Shown here: positions 9,132 through 19,300 of the stretch, in pieces
How positions within the stretch are numbered: the first letter of the stretch is position 1
Layout of the letters: the number at the start of each line of letters is the position of its first letter
Source of the DNA: a bacterium
GTDB taxonomy: Bacteria; SZUA-182; DTGQ01
Length of the DNA: 45,554 nt
Reading direction: 5' to 3'
Assembly (NCBI GenBank): GCA_040752695.1
Contig: JBFMGO010000036.1
Coordinates: 1-45,554, forward strand
Made by a program: the position numbers and the translations under genes
Notes under the pieces: model-generated
Told to the model about the DNA's origin: nothing
Databases searched by the model: none
The model's input: only the letters and a program-made list of their open reading frames with translations

Positions 9132-10229
9132 TTATTGTATTTCCAAAGCGGCACGCTGCAATCCTTCCCCTGACGGAGGACAGGTCCTGACCACATGAAA
9201 CGACATGGCTGCTTCGGTCACCTGACTTCTGCCGGTAAAAAGAAAGATACTCATCCACAAAAATTGCAGGAAAAGGATCATAACCGGATTCCAGAGGGAG
9301 CGTAATCCTGCCACGATATTTGCATTCTGAAGGTGTGGTATCGCAAACCACCATGATATAAATACGGCGTAGGGAACCGATATCATTCCCATTATCTGAT
9401 AGGCTGAAAAGTCTCCCTTCCCCCGGTAGTCGGCCCGGAAGAACTCCGAGATTATCCTCCAGGCTTGAGTCGTGATCAGCGTCTGCAAAAAGGCGGCTGC
9501 ATAGTAACCGTTCAGAAAAAGATACACACCCAAGAGCCCGGAGCCGGTATAAATGATGGAAGTTATGGCCTGGATCGGTATCACCTTCTGGCCATCGAGC
9601 CCGCCTTCATAAGCCACTTTTTTGGTGTGTCCAAAGAAGATAAAGTTTCGCTTCTCGAACAGTTTCTGGAAAAAGGGATGACTTTTGGCCAGAGGCTTTC
9701 CGTAACAGCAGCCAAAGCTGATGCAGGCGAGCCTTCCGATACCCTCGCCAAGTGCATAGGAGGAGGTGAGTGCAGCCAGGGAAGTCAGGACCGGTACCTG
9801 CACCCCTGCCCCTTTGCCCAGAGTCTGGTTGATCAGCCAGAAGACCCACGGCGCTGTCACCAGTCCGGCGAATGAGGCTCCGCCGACCGTAAAGGTATTC
9901 GGCTGTTTTTCAACCAGCCTGGCTATGATCCTGGAGGCAGGAACGCAGACAGCCAGTATGACCGCTGCTTCAACCATGCTGATATACATCGGCACGGCCA
10001 GGGAGCCTAAAAGGGCAAACATAATGGCTACCGCTGCAACATATGCGTTGGCGGTGAATAAACCATAATAGGTGAAATTGATTCCTTTCCAGATGCCGCT
10101 TTCTTCTTTCATTTTCGGCATGGAGACGAGAATCTGCCATTTCTCCTGCGGCAGGGCACTGAATCCCCATAGCAGCATAAGGGCTAAAATAAGAGCAAGC
10201 GTTAAGATAAAAAGCTCGTTTATCATCAT
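9132..10229 (-). CDS. Divergent prolipoprotein diacylglyceryl transferase (Lgt)-family membrane protein
   Basis: Multi-TM; YYG, GEGIGRLAC..FGCCYG, PIQ, WRIISEFFR match Lgt signature regions; SFHGG motif is altered. Confidence 0.75.
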   Translation of the reverse strand: MMINELFILTLALILALMLLWGFSALPQEKWQILVSMPKMKEESGIWKGINFTYYGLFTANAYVAAVAIMFALLGSLAVPMYISMVEAAVILAVCVPASRIIARLVEKQPNTFTVGGASFAGLVTAPWVFWLINQTLGKGAGVQVPVLTSLAALTSSYALGEGIGRLACISFGCCYGKPLAKSHPFFQKLFEKRNFIFFGHTKKVAYEGGLDGQKVIPIQAITSIIYTGSGLLGVYLFLNGYYAAAFLQTLITTQAWRIISEFFRADYRGKGDFSAYQIMGMISVPYAVFISWWFAIPHLQNANIVAGLRSLWNPVMILFLQFLWMSIFLFTGRSQVTEAAMSFHVVRTCPPSGEGLQRAALEIQ

Positions 10230-10328
10230 GGTCCAGTTCCCTCTGATGTTCTAAATGTTCTATAAGGTTTCATGATAAGAAATGTTTCATGATACGGATG
10301 AAACTGCCCTCTTGTGAATCCGGCCTCG

Positions 10329-11405
10329 TCACTGAATTGCGGCTGCGATCTCGGACCGTACCTTGAGATCTGTTTCTGCCAGGGGTCTTCCGAACCCCTT
10401 TGAAAAGCGGCTCCTTACATCCTGATGATGCAGATTCGAGACAAGGTCACCGGAAAATTTCACTCTCCCTTTCTGGAAGATGAGTACATCAGTGGAGCTT
10501 CCCGGCCGGTAAAGGCTTTTCGGCTGACCTTTATGCAGGAGCATTCCTTTATGAATGTCCTTCGGGTGATCATATCTGCTCTCGCTGTAGCACTGAGTGA
10601 TATCGCCGATCATCAGGGCAACGATTTCGATCATGGCCACCAGCCCTGCGCCGGTTCCGCCTTCGACATCGGTGTCGATGATGGTTACCACCCTTTTATT
10701 TTTCGAATAGGGAGTGGCCATGATGACGACCGCAGACGGATTGCAGGAATGATATCCTCCGGGGATCTGGTAGACGTCCAGAACCTTCCCGCAGACAGGT
10801 GTATGATTGTAATGGTATTTTTCAGGCGTCAACCTGAAGATGGCAAAATCTCCTCCCTTAAAAGCCGTAAGCCAGGATTGTTTATCCCTTCCCAACAGAT
10901 CCTCGAAATGGAAAAATTTCTCTTTGAGGAAAAGGTGAGAAGTCTCGTCAAGGGAGCCGAGCAGCACTTTCGCATCAGCCGCAGAGACAATGGCTGAAGG
11001 CTCTTTTGGCATGGGACGTGTTTCCCAGTACCTGATCTTTCTTTCGAATATCTTTTTGGCTGTATTTAAATTTCCGGGATAATCAAGGCATTCGGAAAAA
11101 TCGATTCCCAAAGCTGCCATGAGTTTTTTCCCTTTGGTAATTCTTGTCTCAAGACAGAGGTCATAGTTGAAAAATCCCAAAAAGCTGGACATTCGGGCAG
11201 AGGTCAACATCTTGAAAAGGAGTTGTGAATTCTCTCTCGCGGCAGAGTAGATAAACCGTATCATCGGGTCGGCATAGAGCTTTTCCGTCTTGACCGTGCC
11301 TGTTTCCCGCTCGATATACTGATGTATTTCCCTATACTGATGTATTTCCCGCTCGATATTCCGCCCGATATTCTGGTGAGACATAACGTTTTGTTTTAAT
11401 ATCAT
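10329..11405 (-). CDS. Phosphatidylserine decarboxylase-family (pyruvoyl) proenzyme
   Basis: FERKIR..RP, SAADAK, IFRLTPEKYHYNHTPV.G, SKNKR, RPGSSTDV cleavage motif; ATGA overlap with upstream stop. Confidence 0.85.
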   Translation of the reverse strand: MILKQNVMSHQNIGRNIEREIHQYREIHQYIERETGTVKTEKLYADPMIRFIYSAARENSQLLFKMLTSARMSSFLGFFNYDLCLETRITKGKKLMAALGIDFSECLDYPGNLNTAKKIFERKIRYWETRPMPKEPSAIVSAADAKVLLGSLDETSHLFLKEKFFHFEDLLGRDKQSWLTAFKGGDFAIFRLTPEKYHYNHTPVCGKVLDVYQIPGGYHSCNPSAVVIMATPYSKNKRVVTIIDTDVEGGTGAGLVAMIEIVALMIGDITQCYSESRYDHPKDIHKGMLLHKGQPKSLYRPGSSTDVLIFQKGRVKFSGDLVSNLHHQDVRSRFSKGFGRPLAETDLKVRSEIAAAIQ

Positions 11406-13822
11406 GACCGGCACTCCGCCTCGGACTGCCTGATATCGCTGTGAATGGTCAGGAGCGTAAGATGGATAAGCTTCCTTAAAACCTCTGCCGGTGCTCTTTC
11501 CTCAATCACCTCTCTCCTGACGGCTCCCAGAAAAGCCAGAGGACTTTTCCCGTCCAAAAGAGCAATAAGGGCTTGCTGGTAAAAAGTGTCTCCATCGAGA
11601 GCCGCACGTGCTTCGATTCTCCTGAAATCGTCTTCCAGAAGAGCGAAAGCCTCTTTCATCTGGCACATTCTCAGGGTATTTCGATAGTAACTCTCGGCAG
11701 CCTGATTGAACTCAATACCGGAAAGATGAAAAGGTGTTGCAGCATGGGCTTCATGCAAAATGCCCCGGCTGAGCTTTCCTGCTGCCGAGTACAGGTGAGG
11801 GTTTTCGATCCTGCTTTCAAGTTCGCTCAAGGTTGTGTGCAATCCCATAAGCTCTATGAGGTCTGCGGCATCTTCTTTGATAATCTTGATGAGTGCCCGC
11901 CGGTATTCGAGGTTGTGAGCCCGCAGATAGCCGGGATAGCGGTGACTCAGACGGATTTTGTCCATTTTCTTCAGAATCTTCATCATGAACTGGTTTTGGG
12001 TACCTTTTCGAACATAGAAAGTGGGAATGTTAATCGCGGTTCCAAAGAATACCTGCCTGCGCTCGCTCTCCGTGGAAGGGTCGTCCGGTATGTAGGCATG
12101 AGTGACATCTCCCTTCAGGATATATTTGTAAGCCAGGGCTGTAATCAGGGCCTGTAGGCTGGCGGCTTCTCCCATGTCGCCGCTGATGCTTTCGAACAGG
12201 CTGTAGTGCCGCCCCTCGAACCCCGAAAAGCCCAGGGATGAAAATGCACGAAGCCGGTAGAGCAGATAGATTGACATATTCGTATCGAACACGCCAAGAT
12301 CGGCCAGATCCTTTTTCAGCCTCTTTTCATTCCCCAGCGTGCCATCCAGCGCCGGGCTCTGGTCTGTGCTCATAAGAGATGCCAGATAATCGATAAGCCT
12401 GAAATCCGGAATAAAGTCACCTTTAAGACGAAATATCTTGCTGATGAATACATCGAGCCATTTCGGTCCGAAGGGTGTGATCGGGTTACCGAAGATTTTC
12501 AGTCTGGCCTTTCCCTTCCATCTGCGCCAGATCATGCGAAGATGAGTGTAGTCGAGCTCATGGGGCAGATACCCCAGCGCCTTCTCAGGATGAAAATCCC
12601 AAAAATCGAGCCTGTATGGTGCAGCGCTGTAGGAGCCGACAAACAGGGGCAGGAAGTGCTCGATGATCTTTATGGCCAGATCGCCAAGGTATTTCTCCTC
12701 TTGAGCCCCGAACCCCGATGCTGCATCACCCACAAGACCGCTCAGTTTACGGCTGCCAAGACTCAGGTGCGTTCCATTGTTAGCCAGGCTGACATTCGAC
12801 AGATTGGGAAGCACTACCAGATTTCTGGTGATGATGCCGGCATCCTTTAATTTGGTCAGAGTGTTCAGGTGGCTTCTGGATAAAACCTGATGACAGAGAA
12901 TCATGTAATGATGTTTGACTTCACCCCTATCCCACCCGGAGAGGCAGGGACTCATGAAAAGTTCCCTGTAAAACGAGTCGGATATGAGATCGTTTAAATA
13001 CTTCTGCCGTACAGGCGGGTGCGGCGCAAAATAGATCATGGCCCTCTGCCCGTTTTCGATAAGCTGGAAACTTCTGTTGGCGTACATGGTAAGAAACTGA
13101 GTCAGTAAAAAGCGTTTTGAGGTTTCCCTGGCTATACCTTTTCCCATTCCGGTGCCGGGACTTAACAAAACCGTTTGAAAGGAATGGGTTTCCGGCGAAG
13201 TATTATCGTTGAGGAAATGATGCATGATCCGTTCACTGGTTGCCCTGACCGCTAGGTGAAGCTCAGGGCCGGAGCTCACGGCATCTGCCAGGGATAATTT
13301 GAGGAGATAACTGAGCGGAATTCTTATATGTTCCTCCCCGTTTTTGTAAAAGGTAAACCTGCCCGCGTCCCCGCGCGTGGTACCTGCGGGATCGTTTTTA
13401 TCAGCCAATAGATCGCGGCTGAAGACGGTATTGGCGTAAGGGCTCAACACCGAGCGGGGGAACCTTACCCAACTGTTTTCCCAAACCTCCTGATGATTGT
13501 CATGAAGATACTTTTCCAATTCGGTGATTATTCTCTTGGGAGTATCTCCTGCAATGGTTCTTTTAATCATGTTTTGGTAATAATTGGATTCCTCTATGGT
13601 TATGGGAAGATCAATATCATTTTTTCTCCCGGTAACTACCGTTTGAAGCTCAGTTTCTGAACCAGCGGTGGTATCGTTGAGCGAAAAAGGAATGGATTCG
13701 ATGAACGCTTCAGGTGACTTTTGATTTATTTCTAATAGATTCAAGATTCTTGCCAAACCGTAAGGCGTATAAATCTCGCTCTTTGCACTTTCTCCCCTCA
13801 ACAGTATATCCATACGAACCAT
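11402..13822 (-). CDS. Uncharacterised 806-aa protein with glutamate-cysteine ligase/YbdK (GCS2)-like motifs
   Basis: Ordered motifs TAGSETELQ, APHP, NGTHLSLG, LPLFVGSYSAAPY, YRLR..GFEGRH; RBS GGAGG. Confidence 0.6.
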   Translation of the reverse strand: MVRMDILLRGESAKSEIYTPYGLARILNLLEINQKSPEAFIESIPFSLNDTTAGSETELQTVVTGRKNDIDLPITIEESNYYQNMIKRTIAGDTPKRIITELEKYLHDNHQEVWENSWVRFPRSVLSPYANTVFSRDLLADKNDPAGTTRGDAGRFTFYKNGEEHIRIPLSYLLKLSLADAVSSGPELHLAVRATSERIMHHFLNDNTSPETHSFQTVLLSPGTGMGKGIARETSKRFLLTQFLTMYANRSFQLIENGQRAMIYFAPHPPVRQKYLNDLISDSFYRELFMSPCLSGWDRGEVKHHYMILCHQVLSRSHLNTLTKLKDAGIITRNLVVLPNLSNVSLANNGTHLSLGSRKLSGLVGDAASGFGAQEEKYLGDLAIKIIEHFLPLFVGSYSAAPYRLDFWDFHPEKALGYLPHELDYTHLRMIWRRWKGKARLKIFGNPITPFGPKWLDVFISKIFRLKGDFIPDFRLIDYLASLMSTDQSPALDGTLGNEKRLKKDLADLGVFDTNMSIYLLYRLRAFSSLGFSGFEGRHYSLFESISGDMGEAASLQALITALAYKYILKGDVTHAYIPDDPSTESERRQVFFGTAINIPTFYVRKGTQNQFMMKILKKMDKIRLSHRYPGYLRAHNLEYRRALIKIIKEDAADLIELMGLHTTLSELESRIENPHLYSAAGKLSRGILHEAHAATPFHLSGIEFNQAAESYYRNTLRMCQMKEAFALLEDDFRRIEARAALDGDTFYQQALIALLDGKSPLAFLGAVRREVIEERAPAEVLRKLIHLTLLTIHSDIRQSEAECRS

Positions 13823-13923
13823 GCCTCCATGAGTTTTGTACCTGAAAATCCATCTACGTTCTCTATTGTATTACTCAAGTATTACAAGTATTACACATCT
13901 GTGTTGAGATTCAGTAAGGATAG

Positions 13924-13940
13924 TGTTAAAAATTGTTAAA
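13924..13940 (-). promoter_or_regulatory. Possible Pho-box-like direct repeat TTTAACA-N3-TTTAACA
   Basis: Perfect 7-bp direct repeat about 100 bp upstream of the 806-aa gene; period 10, not 11. Confidence 0.35.
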
Positions 13941-14128
13941 TGTTCCTTTCGAGAAATCGCCTGACAGCGTATTACCGCTGCACAGAAGGGAATGAGAAAA
14001 AGGGGTGGATAGGCCACGACCTTGCAGGCTGTAAGGTCGTGGAAATAGATGCTCAATGCACGTCAAGGGAATTTGCCGGTTATTGATTGGAGGGTTTTGA
14101 AGCGGCTGCGGTGATAGAGGTCATCATG

Positions 14129-14176
14129 GCTAAACTTTTTTGCAGCTAAACTTTTTTGCAGCTAAACTTTTTTGTA
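14129..14176. repeat. Three tandem 16-bp repeats GCTAAACTTTTTTGCA
   Basis: Directly visible, one mismatch in the third copy. Confidence 0.9.
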
Positions 14177-14185
14177 GAAAGAGGC

Positions 14186-14215
14186 TCAGCATTCGGGAAA
14201 AATCCCGAATGCTGA
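14186..14215 (-). terminator. Hairpin, probable terminator of the Rho_N-domain gene
   Basis: 13-bp perfect stem TCAGCATTCGGGA/TCCCGAATGCTGA, followed on minus strand by GCCTCTTTCT. Confidence 0.55.
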
Positions 14216-14301
14216 ACGTTCCTGGACTGATTTTATCGGCAAAGCGGTGAGAAACGGCCAGTCAAAGGCAGTCCTTAGAGGGAGCAATGAGAAATGAATG
14301 C

Positions 14302-14646
14302 TTAGGCAGCCTTAGTTGCACGCTTGATCTTTCGTTTGAGATACTTGATCTTTCTTCGCAGCCGTTTCACCTTATCCTTGTCTTTTTCTTTGAGGGCTTC
14401 GCCCTTATCTTTTTGTCTGGCTCTCATTTCCTGTTTCAGCGATCCCTTGGCCTGTAATACCTTTTTCTTTTTCGCTTTCGCTGTGGCCGCGGCCTCTTCT
14501 TCTTTGATTCCCAGAACGTCCATGAGGACTTTAATCAGTTGATCCTTTTCCATCTCATGGATTGTGCCGGAAATCTGATCCTTGTGCTTGAGGGCCTCGT
14601 CTCTTAACTTAGATATGGGCATTTTTTCTAAGTCTTTCTTTTCCAT
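14302..14646 (-). CDS. Small basic protein with Rho N-terminal (HEH)-like domain
   Basis: LEKMPISKLRDEA..HEMEKDQLI pattern plus Lys-rich helical tail; RBS GGAGG. Confidence 0.65.
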   Translation of the reverse strand: MEKKDLEKMPISKLRDEALKHKDQISGTIHEMEKDQLIKVLMDVLGIKEEEAAATAKAKKKKVLQAKGSLKQEMRARQKDKGEALKEKDKDKVKRLRRKIKYLKRKIKRATKAA

Positions 14647-14766
14647 CTGATCGATCCTCCATCAATGAAAAGATTTTAGAGAGTAAAGTAAAAGAATCAA
14701 GGCAATAAGCTATAATATCACCTTTCTTTTCGTTCGTAAAGGGGAACGGTTGAATTATCGGCTGCC

Positions 14767-16347
14767 TCATTCGTGCGCATCTTCTTCGCTCTGCCTCAAA
14801 GGAAGCGTAATAATGAACGTCGAGCCTTTGCCCGGTGTACTTTTTGCTGTAATGGTCCCGCCATGATGTTCGGCAATTTTTTGGCAGATGTAAAGCCCCA
14901 TCCCTGTTCCCTCGGCCTGGCTCCGGCTCTGCAACCTCTGGAAAGGGCGGAATATTTTGTCGAGATACCGTTCCTCAAAACCCATGCCATTATCTTCAAC
15001 AAAAATATGGCACAGGCTGCCTTCGGTATGCCCGTAGATCTTTACCGTCAGCTTCTCGTCCTGCCGGCGGTACTTTATGGCATTGCTCAAGAGATTCTGA
15101 AAGAGCTGTCGCATCTTGTGCGGATTAATCCAAGCCATGGGGAGTTCATCGATTTCTATGAGCGCTCCTGCCTGCGCGACGGCAAGATCAAGATCACTGG
15201 CCGCTTCCCTTGCAACGTGAGCCAGGTCCCTCAGTTGGAACGGATTCGGCCTCCTCCCTAGACGGGAATAGTCAAGAAGTGCCCCGATCAGGTTATTCAT
15301 TCGCTCTGCTGACCTGGTCATCCGCTCCAGGTAGTCCTGCCCTTGTGCTCCGAGGGAATCATGGTAGCTGGTTTTCAGCAATTCACCGAAGGTCGTAATT
15401 TTCCGCAAGGGCTCCTTGAGATCGTGGGAGGCGACGAAGGCAAATTCCTGAAGCTCTTTATTCAATCGCTCAAGCATGGTTGCATAGGCATTGAGGTCCT
15501 GGTTCGCTCTTTCAAGTTCGGCAGTTCGCTCCTTAACCCGCACTTCCAGCTCGTTCCGGTATCTGTAGATTTCTTCCATAGCCTTCTTGCGCTCGGTTAT
15601 ATCACGAAAGACCAGAATCTGGCCGCTTATGTTCCCCCTATCATCCTTGATGGGTGCAACGCTGTCATCTATCGGTATTTCCGTACCGTCTTTGGCTATA
15701 AGTATGGTATGGTCATCCAGACCGACAATGGTGCCCTCGCCTATTATCCTTGTTATCGGATTCTCTACGGGCTTATGCGTGTCCCTGTTTACGATGTTGA
15801 ATGCCTCTGTCAGCCGTTTTTGGAAGACCTCTTCCTGCTTCCATCCTGTCAAGACCTCGGCAACTGCATTCATGAACGTTATCAGGCCGTTTTTATCGGT
15901 GGCGATCACAGCGTCTCCGATGCTTCTGAGCGTTGTTGCCAGCCACTTTTCACTCTCTTTTAATTTCCTTTCCATTCGGTGTTTGTACAGGGCCATATCG
16001 ATGGTTATATGTAATTCCCTTTCCTTGAAAGGCTTGAGTATATAGCCGTATGGCTCTGTTACTTTTGCACGCTGCAGGGTATTTTCGTCCGCATAAGCGG
16101 TAAGGTAGATAATCGGAATATCCAAGCTGGTCTGGATCTTTTCGGCGGCTATTACGCCATCGATTTCACCATGCAGCATGATGTCCATCAACACCAGATC
16201 AGGACACATTTCTTCTGCTTTTTGGATACCTTCCTCACCGGAAAGGGCAATATCAGGGGCAGGATACCCCAGGCTTATCAGCCTATGCTGTATGTCAAGG
16301 GCTTCAATGCCTTCGTCTTCAACAATCAGTATCCTTGCTTCAGACAT
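14767..16347 (-). CDS. REC-PAS-HisKA-HATPase hybrid histidine kinase
   Basis: ILIVEDE/DIML/EPYGYILKPF, PAS (SIGDAVIATD), FAFVASHDLKEPLR, NLLSNAIKY, GTGMGL. Confidence 0.92.
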   Translation of the reverse strand: MSEARILIVEDEGIEALDIQHRLISLGYPAPDIALSGEEGIQKAEEMCPDLVLMDIMLHGEIDGVIAAEKIQTSLDIPIIYLTAYADENTLQRAKVTEPYGYILKPFKERELHITIDMALYKHRMERKLKESEKWLATTLRSIGDAVIATDKNGLITFMNAVAEVLTGWKQEEVFQKRLTEAFNIVNRDTHKPVENPITRIIGEGTIVGLDDHTILIAKDGTEIPIDDSVAPIKDDRGNISGQILVFRDITERKKAMEEIYRYRNELEVRVKERTAELERANQDLNAYATMLERLNKELQEFAFVASHDLKEPLRKITTFGELLKTSYHDSLGAQGQDYLERMTRSAERMNNLIGALLDYSRLGRRPNPFQLRDLAHVAREAASDLDLAVAQAGALIEIDELPMAWINPHKMRQLFQNLLSNAIKYRRQDEKLTVKIYGHTEGSLCHIFVEDNGMGFEERYLDKIFRPFQRLQSRSQAEGTGMGLYICQKIAEHHGGTITAKSTPGKGSTFIITLPLRQSEEDAHE

Positions 16348-19300
16348 CAGGCCAGCCTCCTTTCTTCTTTCGATGTATCGAAGGATGTCTCAGATGTATC
16401 GAAGGATGTCTCAAAGGTAATGGTAAATTCGGTCCCCCCTCCTTTATCGGGATGACCGAGCTGCAAGGTGCCTTTAAGCTGTTTTACCAGCACATGTACC
16501 AATCTCAGTCCCAGTGATTCGCACTTCTCTATCTCAAGGCCCTCTGGCAGTCCTACACCATTGTCGCCGACGGTCAGCAGGTATTTATTGCCGCCTGCCC
16601 GGCGCAGGTCAATGCGGATTTCACCCATCCTGCCTGTACGCTGAGGGGAATCCAAAAAGGCATACTTCAGCGAATTCGAGACAAGCTCATTGATGATCAG
16701 GGCGCAGGGGATTACCGTATCAATACCGATCGTGACGTTTTCGACCTTTATATCCGGTCTTACGGTCCTCTCGCTCACCCCGTAGGAAAGGAACAGGCTG
16801 GTTACAAGACTTCGTATATATTCGGCAACGTCAACTCTGGCCAGCGACCTGGACTGGTATAATTTTTCATGAATGAGAGCCATGGTGTAAATCCGGTTTT
16901 GGCTCTCCTTGAAGGTCGCGATAGCCTGTTCATCCCTGATATAAGGCAACTGGAGATTGAGCATGCTATGGATGATCTGGAGATTGTTCTTGACGCGGTG
17001 ATGTATTTCTTTAAGAAGCACCTCTTTTTCTCTCAGCGATCTTTTGATCTGCTCCTCGGCCTGCTTGCGGCCGGTGATGTCGCTGACGGTGACAGCAAGG
17101 CCAATGATCTGTCCGCGCACCGTCACCGGATACCAATTGTCCACCCAATGGTGTATTTCGCCCGGATGGGCCGGAGTCGAGCCACTGATTTCGACGTTGA
17201 TCATCGGCTGGCCGGTTTCCAGGATGCGCCGCCATTTGGCGATCAGTTCGCTGGCAGCGCAGACGTCGGGTACAATCTCATCTACGGTCTTGCCCAAGTG
17301 TTCGTGGATGGGCAGGCCATTGATGTCTGCCAGGGCCTGGTTCAGCCGGACAAAGCGCAGGTTCTTGTCATAGAACCCGAGACCAATGGGTGCGGAGTCA
17401 AAAATGGCATCGAGCAGAGCCAGAGTTTCCTCTTTGGCCTGCAAGGCCTGGTGCAGCTCTTTCTCGGCCTGCTTCTGCCGGGTGATGTCCCTGAAGATAA
17501 TTGCGAACCTGCCCTCATCCGGCCTGTAGCAGAATACATCGTAGTGCCTGTTGGTGTCCCTGCTATAGTTCTCGAACCTGACTGCCTTGCCGGTCAGGGC
17601 AACGTTGCAGAAAGTATCGATCCAGGAGCGCTCCAGGTTGGGGAGCACTTCGGTCATAGGTCTTGCCACTACTGCCTCCCGCTTCAGGCCGGATTGGTGC
17701 TCGAAGGCATCGTTGAGCTCAAGGAAACGGTAATCCTTTGGAACGCCGTCTTCCCCGAACAAAGCCTCGCCAAGGGCAAAACCTTCGGTCATGTTCGTGA
17801 ACAGTCTCCGGTAGCGCTCTTCGCTCTCTCTCAGTGCCTCTTCCGCCCGCTTCTTTCCGGTGATGTCCTGGGTCGTGCCGAATCCGCCCTTGAGCACTCC
17901 ATCCGCATCAAATTCCAGTTCGGCCCGCTCGCGCACCCATTTGATGGTGTCACCGACGACGAGGCGGTGCTCGATATCGTACGGTTCGCCGCGAAGTCCT
18001 GCCATCCACTTCTCGTCAACGTATTGTCGGTCTTCCGGGTGAACAATGGCCAGGAACGCCTCATAGGTCATGGGCATTCCCCTGGGGATACCGAAAATCC
18101 GGTGGTTCTCGTCGGACCACAGCAGCACGTTTCGCCGGACATCCAATCGCCAGCTCCCGGTTTGAGCTACGGCCTGGGCACGGTTCAGGTCCTCCCGGCT
18201 CTCTCTCAGTGCCTCTTCCGCCCGCCTGCGTTCGTTTTCCCGCATCTCTTTTTGAATCTGTGCATAGAGGACCGGTGCTATCCGGTTTGCGATCGCTTCG
18301 ATAAACTCCCGGTCTTTCTCGGTATAGTCGGTTTCCTTGTTTGCCAGGTTGAGCAGCCCGATCACCGTGCCCTGAAACAGTATCGGTGCTGCCAGGTTGC
18401 GCCGGATGGGCACATGACCGTCTGGGACCACGGCTGGCTCGTTGGAGTAGAGGGTTCTTTTTTCCAATAGCGCACGGCCCCACAGCCCCTTCCATGTGGC
18501 TGCCGGATAACAGATGCACTTTTGCGCCATATCGCACTGGTCAAATATCTTTGACATGGTCGGACAGATTAAATCACCATTTTCATCAACATAGCCAAAC
18601 ACGCCATACTCGCTTTCCATTCTCTCGAGCACGATGTCAAGTATCTTGCCGTACAGCTCATCACCTGCCTCTTTGACAAATACCTGAAGAACCCTGTTTG
18701 CAAACTCCGTCTCGCGGCTTTCTTTGTAAAGATACTCCTCCGCTCGCTTGCGCTCCTCTACTTCTTTGCTCAACGCATTCCTCGAAACCGTGGTAGCTTG
18801 TAATTGCTCCGTCATAAGGTCAAAAGCCCTGGAGAGTTCCCCGATTTCATCGCCTGCTGCTATACCGGTGTGATGGGTCAAATTGCCGGCGGTGATGATC
18901 TTGACTCCTTTACTGAGTGTTGCCAGAGATGTACTGATATTTTTCATCATATGGATAAGAACAGCAGTGAGAGGTAAGGTTATGATAACGATAAGAAAGA
19001 AAACAAATGCAGCGGTTCTTCTCTGTGTCGTGGTTATCTCATCATCGATCAGGCTTTCAAGGCGGAGCGCATCTTTAGTGATTTCACGCGGCAGGGCAAG
19101 GACACGGCCTGCCAGTGCCTCCTCCTTTGCACCTTTGAGCGATGCAGTATTCTCCACCGGACCAGGGATTTCATAGGTGGAGACCAGTTCGAGGAACAGG
19201 TCTTTCATCGATTCGCTGCTACGGCGAATGTTTTCCAAAAGCTGCCGCTGCCCGCTGTCGCTGAGCCTTAAGGTTGCGATAAGCCCGGTTACCGTATCGT

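Noticed and set aside
14129..14176. 16-bp repeats as CRISPR or iterons
   Set aside because: Head-to-tail with no spacers; no cas or rep gene nearby.
16869..18470. 533-aa plus-strand ORF
   Set aside because: Antisense shadow of the sensor kinase; no recognisable motifs.
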